Positions 49,173-53,837 of a stretch of 53,837 nucleotides of DNA are shown here, piece by piece. This DNA comes from Bacilli bacterium (GTDB taxonomy: Bacteria > Bacillota_I > Bacilli_A > RF39 > UBA660): contig JAFVEF010000006.1 of the NCBI GenBank assembly GCA_017478105.1, forward strand, positions 1 through 53,837, in the 5' to 3' direction. The position numbers were made by a program, and so were the translations under genes. The notes beneath the pieces are model-generated. The model worked only from the letters and a program-made list of their open reading frames with translations. It was not told where the DNA came from and searched no databases. Position 1 is the stretch's first letter, and the number at the start of each line of letters is the position of its first letter.

Positions 49173-51286
49173 GATCCACCACTTCCATTTATTCTATTGT
49201 TAACACTTCCATCTGAATGATAAAATCCTTTTCTAACAAAACTATTATTAAATGTAATTGAATAATTATTTCCATTTTCTACTGTTAATTTAGAAAAATT
49301 ATTTGTAATACTACCAGTAACACTTAAGTTATATTCTTGTGGAACTACTTCTCCAATATAATAATCTCCTTCTGGTAAATATATATCTTTACAATTATTA
49401 TTTTTTAATAATAACCAATAATTAACAGAATCTCCATCAAAATGATAAGTATCATTATCAGTATCTATTGCGATTTGAAAATCTTTAGTAGAACTAATTC
49501 CACTTCCATTAGTACAAATACTTACTTTAGGTACTAAACCAAATGAAGCATCTGTATGTGGATTACTATCTATATCATAAATATATCCATCATTACTTAA
49601 AGCACTTACTCCTTTGATTCTATTAGTAATTGTATCTATTTCTGAGGCATAATCATCTTCTGAAATTGTATATGATAAATAAACTATTTTCGAACTTCCT
49701 ACATTTAAAGTATCTATCTTCGCAGTATGTTCACTCATTACGGTATATTCACTACCTGATATAAAATGAGTATTATCATTTTCTACTTTCAATACAACAT
49801 CACGTAAATTACTTGTATGATTAGGAGTAACACTTACTTCAATTATTACTTGTTCTCCAGGAGAAAATCTATTTTTTAATTGATAATTATTATCTAATAC
49901 TCTATTACTCATATTAATTGAAAAAGTACCATTTAATTCCATCCATTCTCCATAAACAACTACATCATGATTTGGCATTTTAAAGGAATTATCACTATAC
50001 CACCCTAAGAATTTATAACCAGTTGGTTCATTAGTTACTGGTGTAAGAGTAACAACATCTCCTTCATTATATATAACTTCACTAGGTAAATAACTATCAC
50101 TATTAGGAGGTAATATACTATCATAAAATTCATATTTTAATTTATATCTCACCTCTTCAAATAGCCCAGTAAAAACAACATTACTACTTGGCATTGAAAA
50201 GCTATTATCAGTAACTGTAACATCAGTACTATTCCATCCAAGGAATTTATATCCGTTAATGATATCTCCAGATTTAAGACCATCTACAAATACTTCACTA
50301 CCAGGATAATAGTTCTTTTCACTAGGTAAAACATATCCATTAGGAGTAGTACCTTGAATAGTATAAGTAGCTTTATTTTTAGGTATTTCAGTAAAACTAC
50401 CAGTAAATAAAACATCATGATTTGGCATAGTAAAATGATCATTAGAAACACTAACGTCTTCACTACTCCATCCACTAAATGTATAACCTAAGTAATTAAC
50501 TGGTGCATTTAATAAAACACTGGCGCCTTCCATATAAGCTGTTGTAACAGAAGGAGTAACTCCACTCGGAACAGTTCCTGTAAACTGATATGTAACATTG
50601 TGTAAAGTAGCAAATTCATTTCCCATGAATGTATGAACAGTATTTGAATTAACTAATAAACTTTTCTCTCTAATTGAAGCAAAATTATAAAAATCTCTTC
50701 TTGTCTCAACTAAAGTAGTATTAGGATCATCTATGGTTGCTGGAGTCTGTGTTATAATACCAACTGTCAAATCGCAACCCGCTTTTAAATTTTTAACTCT
50801 AAAAGAAACTGTTCTATTGGTATCATTATAATGCAAGCCATGATAAGTATAGTTAATATGATCATTATCCCAAACACCTTCACTAACACTTGCTTCATTA
50901 GTATCATCAATTACTTTTCCAACACAAGTATTTCCTCCACTACGTGTACTAGCCCCAATTGTTCCATCACTTGTAGTAACAAATCCCTTGAATGTTAAAC
51001 CATCAGGTATTTTATCTGTTATATACATCTCTCCACTTTTAATTTCTGAAACAGTAGTATCATTAGATTCAACACCACTTTTATCTACACCATCATAACT
51101 AACTTTTAAATAATAAGTTAATTCACTATCAGCTTTAACCGGAACATCATTTTCCATTATTTCTGAAAAACTATTAGACACAAACAAAGAAACTACTATA
51201 AGAATTAATAGGACAACAAAGAAAATATAAGTATATTTAATCTTTAATCTAGTTTTAACTAAAACATTCTGATTCAAACAACTCAC
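49169..51286 (-). CDS. Multi-domain surface protein (DUF11-like domains, three InlB-B/SHIRT-like repeats, pilin-like C-terminal domain)
   Basis: ITDKIPDGLTF; 3x GY.F.GW...F.MP..DV; LPEGDY.I.E. Confidence 0.72.
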   Translation of the reverse strand: MSCLNQNVLVKTRLKIKYTYIFFVVLLILIVVSLFVSNSFSEIMENDVPVKADSELTYYLKVSYDGVDKSGVESNDTTVSEIKSGEMYITDKIPDGLTFKGFVTTSDGTIGASTRSGGNTCVGKVIDDTNEASVSEGVWDNDHINYTYHGLHYNDTNRTVSFRVKNLKAGCDLTVGIITQTPATIDDPNTTLVETRRDFYNFASIREKSLLVNSNTVHTFMGNEFATLHNVTYQFTGTVPSGVTPSVTTAYMEGASVLLNAPVNYLGYTFSGWSSEDVSVSNDHFTMPNHDVLFTGSFTEIPKNKATYTIQGTTPNGYVLPSEKNYYPGSEVFVDGLKSGDIINGYKFLGWNSTDVTVTDNSFSMPSSNVVFTGLFEEVRYKLKYEFYDSILPPNSDSYLPSEVIYNEGDVVTLTPVTNEPTGYKFLGWYSDNSFKMPNHDVVVYGEWMELNGTFSINMSNRVLDNNYQLKNRFSPGEQVIIEVSVTPNHTSNLRDVVLKVENDNTHFISGSEYTVMSEHTAKIDTLNVGSSKIVYLSYTISEDDYASEIDTITNRIKGVSALSNDGYIYDIDSNPHTDASFGLVPKVSICTNGSGISSTKDFQIAIDTDNDTYHFDGDSVNYWLLLKNNNCKDIYLPEGDYYIGEVVPQEYNLSVTGSITNNFSKLTVENGNNYSITFNNSFVRKGFYHSDGSVNNRINGSGGS

Positions 51287-51371
51287 TTCCTCTATTATTA
51301 CCTATTATTCCACATTATAATTATAGCAAACATAAAAATATTTGTCACTAAAAAAGAGCCTATAAAAAGCT

Positions 51372-53528
51372 CTATCTAGGTAATAAACTTAAACTAACTT
51401 TATTTTTTTCTAAAGACACTTCATCAACCCAACAATCAACAATATCACCAACACTAAATAAATCACTTGGATGCTTGATATATTGATTAGATAATTTAGA
51501 TATATGAGCAAGTCCATCATTATGTAATCCAATATCTATAAATAAACCAAAATCAACTACATTTCTAACTGTTCCTTGTAACTTCATCCCAACAGTTAAA
51601 TCTTTAATATCTAAAACATCACTTTTCAATATAGGTTGTGGATATTCATCTCTAGGATCTAAATTTGGTTTTTTTAAAGAACTAATAACATCTTCTAAAG
51701 TATAAATATCAGTACCAAGTTTTTCACTACATGCAGTAACATTAATCTTATTAAGTTTATCTATTAGTTTAGAAGTACCAATATCAGAAATACTACAATC
51801 TAAATCTTTTAATAAATTAAGCGCAATATCATAACTCTCAGGATGTATAGCCGTAGAATCTAAAACATTTTCTCCTTCAGTAATACGAAGGAAACCTATT
51901 GCTTGTTCATATATTTTATCAGATAAAATCTTTTTCTTTTTTAATTCTTCACGAGACATTATCTTTCCTACTTTTTCACGATATTCTAAAAGTTTATTTA
52001 TACAACTTTTAGTAATACCAGATACATATGATAGTAAAGATTTAGATGCTGTATTAACATTAACACCAACACTATTTACACATTTTTCCACAACGAAATC
52101 TAAATTGTTTTTTAATTTACTTTGACTAACATCATGTTGATATAAACCAACTCCAATACCTTCAGGTGGTATCTTAACTAATTCAGATAATGGATCTTGA
52201 AGTCTTCTTCCAATACTAACAGCACTTCTTTTTTCAACTGCTAAATCTGGGAACTCTTCTATTGCTTGAGTTGAAGCAGAATAAATAGATGCTCCTGCTT
52301 CACTAACAATTACATATTTACAATCCAAATTATATTCATGAATCATATCACTACAAAACTTTTCTGATTCACGTGAAGCAGTTCCATTCCCAATCGCAAT
52401 TAAATCAACATTATATTTTTTTATTAATTGTACTACGACTTCTTTACTTATTTTAGTATTTTTCTCTTCCATTCCCTTTAAAAATGGTTTAATAACACAA
52501 CTGTCTAAATAATTACCAACTTTGTCAATTACTGCCAATTTACATCCATTTACAAATCCAGGATCAAAAGCCAAAACAACTTTTTCTTTCATTGGTGGAG
52601 TTAATAGTAAAGCTTCTAGATTTTTACCAAAATTTAAAATTGCTGCTTCTTCACCTTTTTCAGTTAATTCACTTCTAATTTCTCTTTCAACTGAAGGAGC
52701 AATTAATCTTTTATAAGAATCAGCTATTGCTTCACTAACATAATTACTCACAAAACTATTATTATTTTTAATAATCTTTTTTTCTAAATAAGCAATTATC
52801 TCATCTTTATTAACTTCAATATTTACAGTTAATACCTTTTCAGCTTCACCCCTATTAAGAGCTAATATTCTATGAGGTTTAATATATTTTACTGCTTCAT
52901 TATAATCATAATACATCTCATATATTTTATTCTCATCTACTGCACCTTTTTTTAATTTAGATACTACAACACCATTCTTATAAAAATAACTTCTAATATA
53001 TTTACGATAACTAGCATTATCACTAATCCACTCCGCAATAATATACTTTGCTCCCGTAATAGCTTCATCAACAGATTTAACACTATCATTTATAAATTTA
53101 CTACAAAGTGAATTAATATCCCCAGTACTTGGAAAACTCATTATCATTTTAGCTAATGGTTCAAGTCCTGCTTTAATAGCTTCAGTTGCTTTAGTCTTTT
53201 TCTTTTCTTTATATGGTCTATATAAATCTTCTACTTCAACTAACTTATTACATTTCATAATAGAATCTTTTAATTCATCAGTAAGTAATCCCTTTTCATC
53301 AATTAATCTAATTACATCTTCTTTTCTTTTTAATAGATTATTTTGATATTCATAAACATCTCCTATTTTTTTAATAGTTTCTTCATCTAAAGCACCAGTA
53401 GCTTCTTTTCTATATCTCGCAATAAAAGGAATAGTATTACCTTCTCCAAGTAAATTTAAAACAACACTTACTTGTTTAGTACTTATCCCTAAATCATTAC
53501 TAATTTCATTTATAATCATCTCGTTCAT
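51372..53528 (-). CDS. tex: Tex transcription accessory protein (S1 RNA-binding)
   Basis: EGNTIPFIARYRKEATG, DPG..GCK, IGNGTASRE, RRLQDPL.ELVKI, GVG.YQHD, IHPESY, S1 domain. Confidence 0.95.
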   Translation of the reverse strand: MNEMIINEISNDLGISTKQVSVVLNLLGEGNTIPFIARYRKEATGALDEETIKKIGDVYEYQNNLLKRKEDVIRLIDEKGLLTDELKDSIMKCNKLVEVEDLYRPYKEKKKTKATEAIKAGLEPLAKMIMSFPSTGDINSLCSKFINDSVKSVDEAITGAKYIIAEWISDNASYRKYIRSYFYKNGVVVSKLKKGAVDENKIYEMYYDYNEAVKYIKPHRILALNRGEAEKVLTVNIEVNKDEIIAYLEKKIIKNNNSFVSNYVSEAIADSYKRLIAPSVEREIRSELTEKGEEAAILNFGKNLEALLLTPPMKEKVVLAFDPGFVNGCKLAVIDKVGNYLDSCVIKPFLKGMEEKNTKISKEVVVQLIKKYNVDLIAIGNGTASRESEKFCSDMIHEYNLDCKYVIVSEAGASIYSASTQAIEEFPDLAVEKRSAVSIGRRLQDPLSELVKIPPEGIGVGLYQHDVSQSKLKNNLDFVVEKCVNSVGVNVNTASKSLLSYVSGITKSCINKLLEYREKVGKIMSREELKKKKILSDKIYEQAIGFLRITEGENVLDSTAIHPESYDIALNLLKDLDCSISDIGTSKLIDKLNKINVTACSEKLGTDIYTLEDVISSLKKPNLDPRDEYPQPILKSDVLDIKDLTVGMKLQGTVRNVVDFGLFIDIGLHNDGLAHISKLSNQYIKHPSDLFSVGDIVDCWVDEVSLEKNKVSLSLLPR

Positions 53529-53618
53529 CTTAACACCTCCAGATTATAATATCAAAAATTAAAAAGAAAAAAAAGTCTTAAAGACTTTATTATCCATTAA
53601 ATATACATAATTTGCACA

Positions 53619-53647
53619 TTGACAATAGAACATTTGTTTGCTATGAT
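53619..53647 (+). promoter_or_regulatory. Strong SigA-type promoter
   Basis: TTGACA-17bp-TATGAT with extended TG. Confidence 0.7.
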
Positions 53648-53653
53648 AATATT

Positions 53654-53733
53654 GGATATGTTTGAAATATATCAGATGTTTTCCCCTTCTGACTAAGAAG
53701 GGAGACTTGCTAACCATTGTCAAGTCTTTTTTT
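53654..53733 (+). ncRNA. Candidate ~80-nt small RNA
   Basis: Lies between the promoter and the terminator AGACTTG-N11-CAAGTCT-T tract; internal hairpins; no RBS-led ORF. Confidence 0.55.
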
Positions 53734-53837
53734 GTTAGTCTTAAATAGTAAAAAAGAGCGCAATGCCCCTTACCCCAAATAATATTATTATTGACAATTA
53801 TTATATACTTCTTTTACTCTTGCATAATATATTCTTA

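Overview
Very AT-rich bacterial chromosomal segment, most genes on the minus strand, standard genetic code (TGA is used as a stop). Sporulation genes, a sortase and the composition point to a genome-reduced low-GC Firmicute; an RF39-like Bacilli lineage is my inference, not shown. Housekeeping genes: RluA-family synthase, SAM methyltransferase, tRNA-Leu(CAA), scpAB, sigF-like sigma plus spoVAC-D-E, dut, nrdDG, a Crp/Fnr regulator and tex. The dominant feature is an expanded surface-fibre apparatus. (i) A ~22 kb locus (13.2-35.5 kb) has two intact SipW-type signal peptidases, one catalytically dead paralogue, six TasA/camelysin-like SipW substrates, a membrane-tethered paralogue of the probable major subunit and a 2842-aa adhesin. 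In the same operon as a sipW sit a membrane-anchored McrB-type AAA+ NTPase and a DUF2357/McrC-like partner with no visible nuclease domain. (ii) A second sipW/BsaA-like cluster (45-51 kb) includes a sortase-anchored member. (iii) An orphan 1162-aa type IV pilin-headed adhesin follows a glycosyltransferase operon. The best candidate for an undescribed system is the apparent domestication of an McrBC-like restriction motor into a SipW fibre-assembly machine. All family assignments come from motif recognition by eye; no searches were run.
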